Virus record (IMG/VR): IMGVR_UViG_3300013137_002966
Span: 1-64,000 of that record
Direction: 5' to 3' (one strand)
DNA length: 64,000 bases
Source: a virus
Positions 18,363 to 27,941 of the stretch are shown piece by piece. The translations under genes were made by a program, and so were the position numbers. A model generated the notes under the pieces. The model ran no database searches. It worked only from the letters and a program-made list of their open reading frames with translations, and was not told the DNA's origin. Each line of letters begins with the position of its first letter. Position 1 is the stretch's first letter.

Positions 18363-20056
18363 ATGTAGGTTTTTTAGGTTTAGGAAAATTAGGTTTACCT
18401 TGCGCACTAGCTATTGCTAGTAAAGGCCATAGTGTATATGGCTATGATATTGATCTGAATGTTAAGAAATACATTGAGGAAAAGAAAATACCATATCGTG
18501 AAGAAGGTGTAGAAGAGCTTTTACAAGATTTTACTGTACATTTCACTGATATTGAGAATGTTGTAAATTCTTCTGATATTATCTTTGTACCTATTCAAAC
18601 ACCGCATGAGTATAAATATGAAGGTTGTACTAGAATACCTGAAGAACGAGATGATTTTAATTATGAATGGCTAAAAGATGGAATTAAGCAATTATCAGAT
18701 ATTATTAAACTGCAATCTAAAGATAAAGTCGTAGTTATTATTTCAACTGTTCTACCAGGTACGATTGAAAGAGAAATTAAACCTATCATTCAGTATAATG
18801 AAAAGCTTAAATTATGTTATAATCCATTTTTTATAGCAATGGGAACAACTGTTAATGATTTTTTAAATCCAGAATTTGTGTTATTTGGTGTTGATGATAA
18901 ATGGGCTGCAGATATTACAGAAGAATTTTATAAAACTATTCACGATAAACCTTTTTATAAAACAGATATAATTAATGCTGAACTTATTAAAGTATGTTAT
19001 AATACTTTTATTGGTATGAAAATAGTTTATGCAAATACAATTATGGAAATTTGTCATAAAACTGGTGCAAATGTTGATCAGGTGATTGGTGGTATCAAAT
19101 TAGCTACTGATAGAGTCGTATCAACTAAATATTTGAGTGGTGGAATGGGTGATGGTGGAGGTTGTGTTTTACCGTCTTTTGAAATAAATGTTAATAATAA
19201 AATTTATAATATTAAGGATTTATATTATGAATTTCATAAAAATCGTGAAGAGACATATTTAGTAGATTCTGCAAATTATACCTGTAATACTAAGCAACAG
19301 AAAAAAATATATGATGTAACGACTAGAAAATATAAAGGTAAATTATATACCTTTAGAACAAAAGATAAAGAAATTACGGTCACGGGTGACCATTTGATAC
19401 CTATTGAGAGAAATAGTAAAAGAATTATAGTAAGAGCAGAAGAAATAAAAAAAGATGATAAATTTTATATTATTGATGATTATAATAGTGTTGTTGAAAA
19501 AATTGTAGAGATTTTTATTAGTGATTATGAAGGTGAAGTTTATAATTTAGAAGTTGAGCCGTATCACGAAGTTAAAGACGATCAATTTTATATTGACAAT
19601 AGTACGGGAATAGTTGTACATAATTGTCATCCACGTGATAATATTGCTATGAGTTGGTTAGCCAAGAAATTAGAACTTTCACATAACTTCTTTGAAGATG
19701 TAATGAAAGCAAGAGAAGATCAAACTGAATTTCTAGCAGATGTAATATTAGAGCAAGATGGTCCATATTATATTATGGGAAAGACATTTAAGGAAGAAAC
19801 CAATCTAATAATTGGATCACCGGCAATTTTATTAAGAAACATATTAGAAGAAAGAGATGTCGAAGTAATTCATTATGATCCATTTATTGATGATGATATA
19901 GAATTTGTGAAAGGTACTTATTTTGTTGCTACTAGACATAATCAATTCAAATACTTTAAATTTCCAAAAGGATCAACTGTAATTGATGTATGGAGATTCT
20001 TAAGTTTTGAAGATGATGATAAAATAAATCATATAAAGGTGGGTGGTGAAGTATAA
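18359..20056 (+). CDS. ugd: UDP-glucose/GDP-mannose 6-dehydrogenase, intein-containing
   Basis: GLGKLG Rossmann motif, STVLPGT, AELIKVCYNTF, GGG[intein]CHPRD; start at ATG 18359. Confidence 0.9.
   Translation: MNVGFLGLGKLGLPCALAIASKGHSVYGYDIDLNVKKYIEEKKIPYREEGVEELLQDFTVHFTDIENVVNSSDIIFVPIQTPHEYKYEGCTRIPEERDDFNYEWLKDGIKQLSDIIKLQSKDKVVVIISTVLPGTIEREIKPIIQYNEKLKLCYNPFFIAMGTTVNDFLNPEFVLFGVDDKWAADITEEFYKTIHDKPFYKTDIINAELIKVCYNTFIGMKIVYANTIMEICHKTGANVDQVIGGIKLATDRVVSTKYLSGGMGDGGGCVLPSFEINVNNKIYNIKDLYYEFHKNREETYLVDSANYTCNTKQQKKIYDVTTRKYKGKLYTFRTKDKEITVTGDHLIPIERNSKRIIVRAEEIKKDDKFYIIDDYNSVVEKIVEIFISDYEGEVYNLEVEPYHEVKDDQFYIDNSTGIVVHNCHPRDNIAMSWLAKKLELSHNFFEDVMKAREDQTEFLADVILEQDGPYYIMGKTFKEETNLIIGSPAILLRNILEERDVEVIHYDPFIDDDIEFVKGTYFVATRHNQFKYFKFPKGSTVIDVWRFLSFEDDDKINHIKVGGEV
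19163..19624 (+). mobile_element. Mini-intein (154 aa, no endonuclease)
   Basis: Starts CVLPSF, block B ITVTGDHLI, block F VYNLEV, ends VVHN followed by Cys(+1). Confidence 0.9.
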
Positions 20057-20065
20057 TATTTATAC

Positions 20066-20089
20066 GAACCGTTTACCGATAATATATAA
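20066..20089 (+). promoter_or_regulatory. Promoter-like motif AAC-N15-TATAA
   Basis: GAAC-N15-TATAA ending TAATATATAA. Confidence 0.5.
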
Positions 20090-20106
20090 AAATAAAAATA
20101 AATATT

Positions 20107-20328
20107 ATGGCAGAAAAAGTAAATCCATCTAAAGATGTATTGGATGAAAAAGACAAATTAGAATTACGTAAAGTAAAAGCGTTAGAAAAAATTGCAAATT
20201 CTTTGGATTCACTAACTATTTGGTTTGAAGAGATAGATAAAATTGAATGGAGTGATAGAATTCAATATTATCTTTCAGAATTTTATAAAATAAATAAAAA
20301 TAAAGTTTCTGACACTGAAGATGAATAA
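20107..20328 (+). CDS. Hypothetical small protein
   Basis: 73-aa ORF with promoter motif upstream, overlapping the next gene. Confidence 0.65.
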   Translation: MAEKVNPSKDVLDEKDKLELRKVKALEKIANSLDSLTIWFEEIDKIEWSDRIQYYLSEFYKINKNKVSDTEDE

Positions 20329-21757
20329 ACATATATTAGGTATAGTTGTTCCATATAGAGATAGATATGATCATTTAGAAAAATTCAAGAAGGTGGTACC
20401 TTACTATCTTGATAGTAAGGATATAGACTATAGAATTATAATTGTTGAACAGGATAATGCAAAACTTTTTAATAGAGGAATGTTGTTAAATATTGGTTTT
20501 GTGTATGCTGAAGCAATGGGTTGTGATTATGTTATTTTTCATGATGTAGATATGCTACCAATTAATGTTGATTATACTTATTCTGGTACACCTTTACATT
20601 TAGCAACTGATTTTGTGGAAAATAGTTCAATGGTAAGAACTTTATTTGATGAATATTTTGGTGGTGTCACTTTATTTCCAATTAATGAGTTTAGAAGAAT
20701 TAATGGTTATTCTAATAAATATTGGGGATGGGGATACGAAGATAATGATCTTTTATTGAGATGTAAAAAATCAAAAATAAAACCAAAAATAAAATTAGAT
20801 AGATTAAAAATTAAAAATTATGGTAATCATATTTTTTCATTAAGATTTAATGGTGTTGATGCTTATGTAAAAGGAAAAAACATTTTTAATCTTAATAAGA
20901 GTATAACTATTTTTGCATCATTTTATCCAGACGAAATAACTTGCAATCATGAAAAAAATCAAGATAATTATGTAGTTTTTTCAATTCCAGGATATGATAC
21001 TGCTATTTCTTATAACTCGTTCTCACGATATAATTTTTGTACTTTTGATAAGAATAAAAATGCAGTTTATTTAAACTCAAATATAAAGACAAATTATAGA
21101 ACAAATATTTGTATAACAATTGATAGATTTAATAATAAAATTTCAGGTTATCAGGATGGTAAGCATATTGGCACATCACCGTTTGAGCATAAACTAATGA
21201 GTTATAAAAATCAAGAATATTTTTATTTAGGAGCAGGTGATCCTAATCGAGTAGGTAACGAGAAATACTTTAGAGGTTATATTAATCAATTTGTTGTTTT
21301 TTCAGATGTTCTTGATGAGGATAACATAAAAGAAATATCAAACAATATGGATGATGTTTTAAATAAAGATTTTGGTCTTTATACTTCGTCACATTTACTC
21401 CAATTATATTATGATGCTAGATTTATAGATAATTATAAATTAATTGACTTATCTAAAAAAGGAAATGATGGTGAGATTGTTAACTGTGAGATTGTTAATT
21501 TAGAGCCAGAAAAATATAAAATTATTGATATACCAATTAGAAGAAAAAGTATATTTAGTTTACTGAGTCATGACGAAAACGGATTTGTTAATAACGATTG
21601 GAAAAGTAGCACTATAAGATGGAATCAATTAAGATTTTATAATGAAGTTTCAAAAAATGATGATTTACTAGGAAACGACGGACTATCTGATCTTAAATTT
21701 ACTGAACATGGTATTTATCGAAAAGGAAGAATAACAAAAATAACAGTAGGAATATGA
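20321..21757 (+). CDS. GT7 (beta-1,4-galactosyltransferase-like) with inserted LamG domain
   Basis: VPYRDR..HL, FNRGMLLNIGF, FHDVD, YFGGV, NGYSNKYWGWGYEDND; LamG-like block before the GT7 C-terminal segment. Confidence 0.85.
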   Translation: MNKHILGIVVPYRDRYDHLEKFKKVVPYYLDSKDIDYRIIIVEQDNAKLFNRGMLLNIGFVYAEAMGCDYVIFHDVDMLPINVDYTYSGTPLHLATDFVENSSMVRTLFDEYFGGVTLFPINEFRRINGYSNKYWGWGYEDNDLLLRCKKSKIKPKIKLDRLKIKNYGNHIFSLRFNGVDAYVKGKNIFNLNKSITIFASFYPDEITCNHEKNQDNYVVFSIPGYDTAISYNSFSRYNFCTFDKNKNAVYLNSNIKTNYRTNICITIDRFNNKISGYQDGKHIGTSPFEHKLMSYKNQEYFYLGAGDPNRVGNEKYFRGYINQFVVFSDVLDEDNIKEISNNMDDVLNKDFGLYTSSHLLQLYYDARFIDNYKLIDLSKKGNDGEIVNCEIVNLEPEKYKIIDIPIRRKSIFSLLSHDENGFVNNDWKSSTIRWNQLRFYNEVSKNDDLLGNDGLSDLKFTEHGIYRKGRITKITVGI

Positions 21758-23163
21758 ATCATAAATTAGGTATTTGCATACCTTATAGAAATAGAAAAGA
21801 GCATTTAGAAAAACTTATACCTGCTTTAACAGAACATCTTAATAATCAAGGCATTCAACATAAATTTTATGTTGGACATCAAGTTGATGATTTTTTATTT
21901 AATAGAGGTGGTATGAAAAATATTGCTGCTGAATATGCATTTAAAGAAGGATGTGATTATATAGCTTGGCATGATGTTGATATGCTTCCTCATTCGGATT
22001 GTGATTATAGTTATCCTGAACAAACACCAATTCATATTGCTACCTATTTAGAAAAATATAATTATGGAATTGGTTACGATCAATATTTTGGCGGTGTTAT
22101 ATTGTTTAATAAAGAACAAGTAGAAAGGACTAATGGTTATTCTAATGATTATTGGGATTGGGGACAAGAAGATGATGATTTATTCTGGAGAGCATATTAT
22201 GAGGGTTATACTACAGGAAAGATATTTAAAACATATGAAAATAAAAAGGTAGGGAATTTTAATGGAAAAGATTCAAAGGTAATAGTTCCTACAAATAGAG
22301 AGATAAGTTCATGTCTTCATAATGATCATACTATTTCTATACTATTTAATCCTCAGCAACAACCAGAAAAAGTTCCTATATGGTTAGTTGGTGATAAGAA
22401 TAAAAGATTTATTGAATATCCTCTATTGAGAAAAGAAAAAAGTTGGACTTGGGGTTTTTCATTTAATAATTCTCGAGCTGTTACTATGCTGTATTTTGAT
22501 AGAAATAATGCACTTTGGTATAATTGGGGAAAAAGATTTGAAAATATGTGGACTTGGGTAACTGCTTCATATTCTACTGAAGAGCAGGCAATATATTTCT
22601 ATTTGAATGATGATTTGATATGTCAAATGGAAGGAATAAAACAGAAAAAACCTTATCCTATTAAAGATAGATTAAGAAGTCATGATTCTATTAGTCCATT
22701 CTTAATAGGTTTTTGTAATCAGACTAATACCGGATATAAAGGAAAAATTGCTGAAGTAAAAATATTTAATAAATTTTTTGATAATGTTTATGATGTATTT
22801 GAAAGTAAAGATGATTTGGTTTTACATTATGATTTTAGTAATAATGATGGATCTAATAATGTAATAATAACTAACGAAGATATAGATGTAATTGAGAATA
22901 TTCTTCCATATAGAAGGGAAGGTCATATGTACTGTTTACATCACGAAGATCAAGGTTTTGTAAATGGCGGATGGGCTAGAGGAGAAACAACAGCAAGAAA
23001 CGAGAGACGATTTGTTACAGAAATGCAACAAAAAAAGATAGATTATAAAAATGATGGTATCAATAAGATATTGGAAGTAACGGATGTTGTTAGTTTAGAT
23101 GAACATACTTATCCGAATACAATGATAATTAATACTAAGATGACTAATTATAAAAATAAATAG
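21754..23163 (+). CDS. GT7 (beta-1,4-galactosyltransferase-like) paralog with inserted LamG-like domain
   Basis: IPYRNR..HL, FNRG, WHDVD, YFGGV, NGYSNDYWDWGQEDDD. Confidence 0.85.
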   Translation: MNHKLGICIPYRNRKEHLEKLIPALTEHLNNQGIQHKFYVGHQVDDFLFNRGGMKNIAAEYAFKEGCDYIAWHDVDMLPHSDCDYSYPEQTPIHIATYLEKYNYGIGYDQYFGGVILFNKEQVERTNGYSNDYWDWGQEDDDLFWRAYYEGYTTGKIFKTYENKKVGNFNGKDSKVIVPTNREISSCLHNDHTISILFNPQQQPEKVPIWLVGDKNKRFIEYPLLRKEKSWTWGFSFNNSRAVTMLYFDRNNALWYNWGKRFENMWTWVTASYSTEEQAIYFYLNDDLICQMEGIKQKKPYPIKDRLRSHDSISPFLIGFCNQTNTGYKGKIAEVKIFNKFFDNVYDVFESKDDLVLHYDFSNNDGSNNVIITNEDIDVIENILPYRREGHMYCLHHEDQGFVNGGWARGETTARNERRFVTEMQQKKIDYKNDGINKILEVTDVVSLDEHTYPNTMIINTKMTNYKNK

Positions 23164-23171
23164 TTATAAAA

Positions 23172-24392
23172 ATGAACGCAGATGCCAATTTGATAAAAGT
23201 AATAGATTTTGAATTATCTTCTATTTGTAATGCAGTCTGTCCGGTTTGTATTAGAAGAAATAAAAATGGATATTTAGAAAAATTTGAACAGACTTATTGG
23301 AAATTTGAAGATGTTAGGAGAACTATTGATATTGATATTATTAAAAATTTAGAAATGCTTAGTATTTGTGGAAATTATGGCGATGCCATGGGTAATCCAG
23401 ATATAGTTAAGATTATTAAATGGTTTAGAATATATAATGAAAATTGTCTTATTTATTTAAGGACAAATGGTGGAATTGGTACTAAAGCACAATATAAACA
23501 ATTGGCTAAATTAGATGTACATATTGTGTTTGGTATTGATGGTTTTGGAAAAGGTAATAATTTATATAGAGTAAATACTAATTGGAATAAAATTGATCAA
23601 AATTTAAAAGAATTTTCAAATAATGCAAAATCATATCAAACAGAAATTCAATTTTTATTATGGAATGAGACTATTGATCAATTATTGCCTATGATTGATT
23701 ATTTAGAAAATATAAATTTTAATACTTTATACTTAAGAAAACCATATACAAGAGGAGAATATACAGAGGTTTTCGATATTCATGAAAGAAGTACGCATTT
23801 TTTATCAGAATTGAAAAATACATTACTTGATTTTATTGTTGAGACTAAGTGGAGTAAGAATAAATTGAAAGAACTTAAGAATAAAATTATATTAGCAAAT
23901 ATTACTGCTACAGAATTAAAAAAATCTGATAATAAAATAAAAGAAAATATAGATATACCAAGAAAAAATTATGAAATATCTGAATTTGAATTTTCAGAAG
24001 AAGAAAAACAATTAGCTAATAGCAAAAGACAAACATGTTATTCTAAACATGGATATGAATCAGAAGATTTATTGAAAAATAATTATAATGTATTTATCTC
24101 ACATGATAAATATATTATGCCGTGTTGTTTAATTTCATCATTTATTGGTAGTTGCCTGCAATATTCTAATGGTAAAGAAGACAATTATCAAAAAGAAGTT
24201 TTAAATAAAATAATGGAAATTGGAATTGAAAAGTTTAGTCTTAAAGATAAAACATTAAAAGAAGTTTTCGAATCTGGAGTTTTAAATGAATTTGTTTACG
24301 ATAATTTAGAAAAAGGTATATCTTTTGGTAAGTGCAGATTGAATTGTGGTATTAGAATGCTATGTAAGAATCGAAAAAGAAGAATTATTTGA
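23172..24392 (+). CDS. Radical SAM protein with C-terminal Cys cluster
   Basis: CNAVCPVC; CGNYGD; TNG; MPCC...CRLNC. Confidence 0.8.
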   Translation: MNADANLIKVIDFELSSICNAVCPVCIRRNKNGYLEKFEQTYWKFEDVRRTIDIDIIKNLEMLSICGNYGDAMGNPDIVKIIKWFRIYNENCLIYLRTNGGIGTKAQYKQLAKLDVHIVFGIDGFGKGNNLYRVNTNWNKIDQNLKEFSNNAKSYQTEIQFLLWNETIDQLLPMIDYLENINFNTLYLRKPYTRGEYTEVFDIHERSTHFLSELKNTLLDFIVETKWSKNKLKELKNKIILANITATELKKSDNKIKENIDIPRKNYEISEFEFSEEEKQLANSKRQTCYSKHGYESEDLLKNNYNVFISHDKYIMPCCLISSFIGSCLQYSNGKEDNYQKEVLNKIMEIGIEKFSLKDKTLKEVFESGVLNEFVYDNLEKGISFGKCRLNCGIRMLCKNRKRRII

Positions 24393-24425
24393 ACACTATA
24401 TTTTAATAAAAATTAATAAGGACAA

Positions 24426-25814
24426 ATGTTAAATGAAGTTTTTGAAAAAACAAAATTAAAATTAGATAATGTTGGTTGTGGAATGTGTTTGGCAAAATGG
24501 ACTCAAGTTACAATGCATTTACATAATGGATTAACACACTCTTGTCATCATCCAGCTCCACATAAAATACCTTTAGAAGAATTAGCGTCTAATTCTACTG
24601 CTTTGCATAATACAGAATTTAAAAAATCTCATAGAAAAGTTATGCTTAATGGTGGTCGGCCAGAGGAGTGTGATTATTGTTGGAAAATAGAAGATAATTC
24701 AAGAGGCTTCTCTGATAGAGTTATTAAATCTTCTGAACCTTGGTCTGCTCCTTATTTTGATGAAATTATTAATAGTGATTGGAGAGATAATTTTAATCCT
24801 AGATATGTTGAAGTTAGTTTTTCGAATGCTTGTACATTTAAGTGTTCTTATTGTAGTCCTATATTCTCATCTAAATGGATGGAAGAAATAAATACATTTG
24901 GTGGATACAAAACATCTGATAAATTTAATGATCTTCAATGGATTAAAGATACAAATCAAATGCCATATCATCATAATGATTATAATCCATATCTTGAAGC
25001 ATTTTGGAAATGGTGGCCTGACTTATATAATGATTTAGAAACATTTAGAATTACTGGTGGTGAGCCATTAATGTCCAAAGATACATTTGATATTTTAGAT
25101 TATATTATAAATTCAAAAAATCCTAATAAAAAACTTAATATATGTATAAATACTAATTTAGGTGTTTCACAAAATATTTTTGATAATTTTGTTGATAAAA
25201 TTGAAAAAATATTAGATAATGAATTAGTTCATGAATTTATAATTTTTACATCTTGTGATGCTTTTGGTAAGCAAGCTGAATATATTAGACATGGTCTTGA
25301 TTTTAATATGTTTTCAGAGAGAATCGATTTTCTATTGGATAAATTTAAACCTATGACTATTGATATTATGTCAACATATAATGCATTATCTGTTCCTAGT
25401 TATAGTAAATTAATAGATTGGGTTTATTTATTGAAAGAAAGATATCATAATCCTTATAGATATTGGGGATCTTCTTTATTATTAGATTCTTCATATCTTA
25501 GATGGCCTCTACATCAAACAATTAGAATATTAGATAGAGAGTGGAAGCAAGAAATAACAAAACAAGCAATTTTAGCTGATTTTTATGAACAGACAAGAGT
25601 TGGAATTGATGGATATGGTTTTACAGATATTGAAATTAATAAAATAAATAGAATTAAAGATTGGTTTAATTCTATTGAAGAAGAGAATTTAAGTGTTAAT
25701 AGAAGAGATTTTTATAAATTTATAAAAGAGCACGATAGTCGTAGAGGTACAGATTTTTGTGAAGTTTTTCCTGAATTAGAAGAATTTTATTATAATTGTA
25801 GAACTGCTAGATAA
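24426..25814 (+). CDS. Radical SAM protein with N-terminal twitch/SPASM-like domain
   Basis: CLAKW...SCHH...CDYCW; CTFKCSYC; TGGEP. Confidence 0.85.
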   Translation: MLNEVFEKTKLKLDNVGCGMCLAKWTQVTMHLHNGLTHSCHHPAPHKIPLEELASNSTALHNTEFKKSHRKVMLNGGRPEECDYCWKIEDNSRGFSDRVIKSSEPWSAPYFDEIINSDWRDNFNPRYVEVSFSNACTFKCSYCSPIFSSKWMEEINTFGGYKTSDKFNDLQWIKDTNQMPYHHNDYNPYLEAFWKWWPDLYNDLETFRITGGEPLMSKDTFDILDYIINSKNPNKKLNICINTNLGVSQNIFDNFVDKIEKILDNELVHEFIIFTSCDAFGKQAEYIRHGLDFNMFSERIDFLLDKFKPMTIDIMSTYNALSVPSYSKLIDWVYLLKERYHNPYRYWGSSLLLDSSYLRWPLHQTIRILDREWKQEITKQAILADFYEQTRVGIDGYGFTDIEINKINRIKDWFNSIEEENLSVNRRDFYKFIKEHDSRRGTDFCEVFPELEEFYYNCRTAR

Positions 25815-25834
25815 TTAAAATAAAAAAGATATAA

Positions 25835-26500
25835 ATGGAATTTTCAAACGAACTTGCCTTTTTTGTTAGAAATGAAACAAGAAATAAGACTAATCTTAAA
25901 AAATATGAATTATTAAATAATGATTTTATTTTTGAAGCGACGTTTAAACTTAATGCAAATATAGATGTGGATTACAATGAATATTGTGTTATTGGAAGAA
26001 CTGGATATAATATGGGAATTTATGCACAATCAATCGATGCTCTTAAATGGACTTGGTGGGAAATTGAAAATGATAAACCTGTATATAAAGATATTTATGT
26101 TAATCCTGTTGATAATACTATGATTAGTAAGATAAAAGTTATAAAAAAATCAAATAAATTCTTATTATATTATAATGATAATTTTTATGCAGATGAGAAA
26201 ATTGGTAAACTGCATGATTATTCAGATCAAACAATATGTGTTGGTGTAGGTAATCCTTATTCTGATCAATCACCACCATTTTGGTTTATAGGTGATATAT
26301 ATGATGTTAAAATTTATCATAATAGTATAGAGTCCAATGATTATTTATATTTATGGTATGATTTTGAAAGAAATTCGCATTTCAAAACTTTTGATAAAAG
26401 CGGAAATGGTAATCACGGTGAAATATTTAATTCACCTGAATTAATAAGAATGAAAAATGAAGAATTTAATAGGGTGGCTAGACCTGCAAAAATAATTTAA
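25835..26500 (+). CDS. Stand-alone LamG-like protein
   Basis: WFIGDIYDVKIY; LYLWYDF...DKSGNGNHG at the C-terminus. Confidence 0.65.
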   Translation: MEFSNELAFFVRNETRNKTNLKKYELLNNDFIFEATFKLNANIDVDYNEYCVIGRTGYNMGIYAQSIDALKWTWWEIENDKPVYKDIYVNPVDNTMISKIKVIKKSNKFLLYYNDNFYADEKIGKLHDYSDQTICVGVGNPYSDQSPPFWFIGDIYDVKIYHNSIESNDYLYLWYDFERNSHFKTFDKSGNGNHGEIFNSPELIRMKNEEFNRVARPAKII

Positions 26501-26505
26501 TTAAT

Positions 26506-27933
26506 ATGTCAGAAGAATTAAAAGATTGGAGAAATAGAAATCTCAATTCAGTAAGTAGAAGTTTTTGTGCAGCAAAATGGTATAATGCCAGTTTACATTT
26601 AGGACATGGTTATACTAATTCATGTCATTTACCATTGCCGCATCCTGTCGATATAGACCAAATAAAGACTAATCCATCTGCTTTACATAATACTGATCAT
26701 AAAAAAGCGGTTCGTGAAATGATGAGAGTAGGAAAATTTCCAGCAGAATGTTCATATTGCTGGAAATTAGAGGAAATTGGTGATGATAGTATATCTCATA
26801 GAGTTTATAAGAGTATCATATATACCGAAGATGATATTAAGAAAATTAAAGATATGCCATATGACTATAATGTGCCACTGAAAACAGTTGAAATTAGTTT
26901 TGATAGAGTATGTAATTTTGCTTGTAGTTATTGTAATGCGGGATATAGCACAACTTGGTTTAAAGATATTAGTAAATATGGACCATATCAAAAATTTAAG
27001 ACTTCTGGTGCCGGTGCTTATGCAACAGACGGCTCTTGGTCAGAAGTTTTTGGTAAAAATAGTGAGCAAAATCCTTATGTTGATGCGTTTTTAAAATGGT
27101 ATCCCGAATTAAGTAAAACCTTAGACGAATTAAGAGTTACTGGAGGTGAGCCTTTACAAAGTAGTAATTTTTGGAGATTTATGGATGTAATGCAAAAATA
27201 TCCTTCAGAGAAAATGAGATTTGCAATAAATTCTAATTTGGGATTAAATGAAAAAACACTAAATAAATTAATTCAAATGACTCATATGCTTAAAATTAGG
27301 GAATTTGATTTATATACTAGCAACGAATCATTTGGTGCTCATGCTGAATATATAAGAGATGGATTAATATATGAGCAATGGAAGAATAATATGATTAAAT
27401 TTATTGAAAATGCTAAGTTTAGAGCACTTACTATTATGATGACTATTAATAGTTTATGTTTATTTAGTATAACTGAATTTTTAGATGATATGATGATATT
27501 GAAAGAAAAATACGCATCACACCATCCTAATGTAGATATCAATATATTAAGATGGCCTGGATTTATGTCACCACTATCATTACCAGATGAATTAAAATAT
27601 AAATGTTATGTTAAGCTTCAAGATTGGTATGAAAAAAATAAAAATAGTAGATTATTTAGTCTACATGAAATGACTCAAATATCTGATTTAATAGATTATA
27701 TTAAAATTGTGGAGAAAGGACATCAATCTACAGAATCTGATAAGGAGATTATGTATCATGATTTTAAAAGTTTTTATTCACAATATGATAAGAGAAGAAA
27801 TAAAGATTTTAAAAAAACATTTCCTGAATTGGCTGAATGGTACGATTCGTTGGTTATAGATGAATCTATACCATATTTGGAGATAAACGATGGGAGAATA
27901 ACAAATTACGAAAAAGGTGAGTATCAAAAATAG
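26506..27933 (+). CDS. Radical SAM protein with N-terminal twitch/SPASM-like domain (paralog)
   Basis: CAAKW...SCHL...CSYCW; CNFACSYC; TGGEP. Confidence 0.85.
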   Translation: MSEELKDWRNRNLNSVSRSFCAAKWYNASLHLGHGYTNSCHLPLPHPVDIDQIKTNPSALHNTDHKKAVREMMRVGKFPAECSYCWKLEEIGDDSISHRVYKSIIYTEDDIKKIKDMPYDYNVPLKTVEISFDRVCNFACSYCNAGYSTTWFKDISKYGPYQKFKTSGAGAYATDGSWSEVFGKNSEQNPYVDAFLKWYPELSKTLDELRVTGGEPLQSSNFWRFMDVMQKYPSEKMRFAINSNLGLNEKTLNKLIQMTHMLKIREFDLYTSNESFGAHAEYIRDGLIYEQWKNNMIKFIENAKFRALTIMMTINSLCLFSITEFLDDMMILKEKYASHHPNVDINILRWPGFMSPLSLPDELKYKCYVKLQDWYEKNKNSRLFSLHEMTQISDLIDYIKIVEKGHQSTESDKEIMYHDFKSFYSQYDKRRNKDFKKTFPELAEWYDSLVIDESIPYLEINDGRITNYEKGEYQK

Positions 27934-27941
27934 AAATTTCT

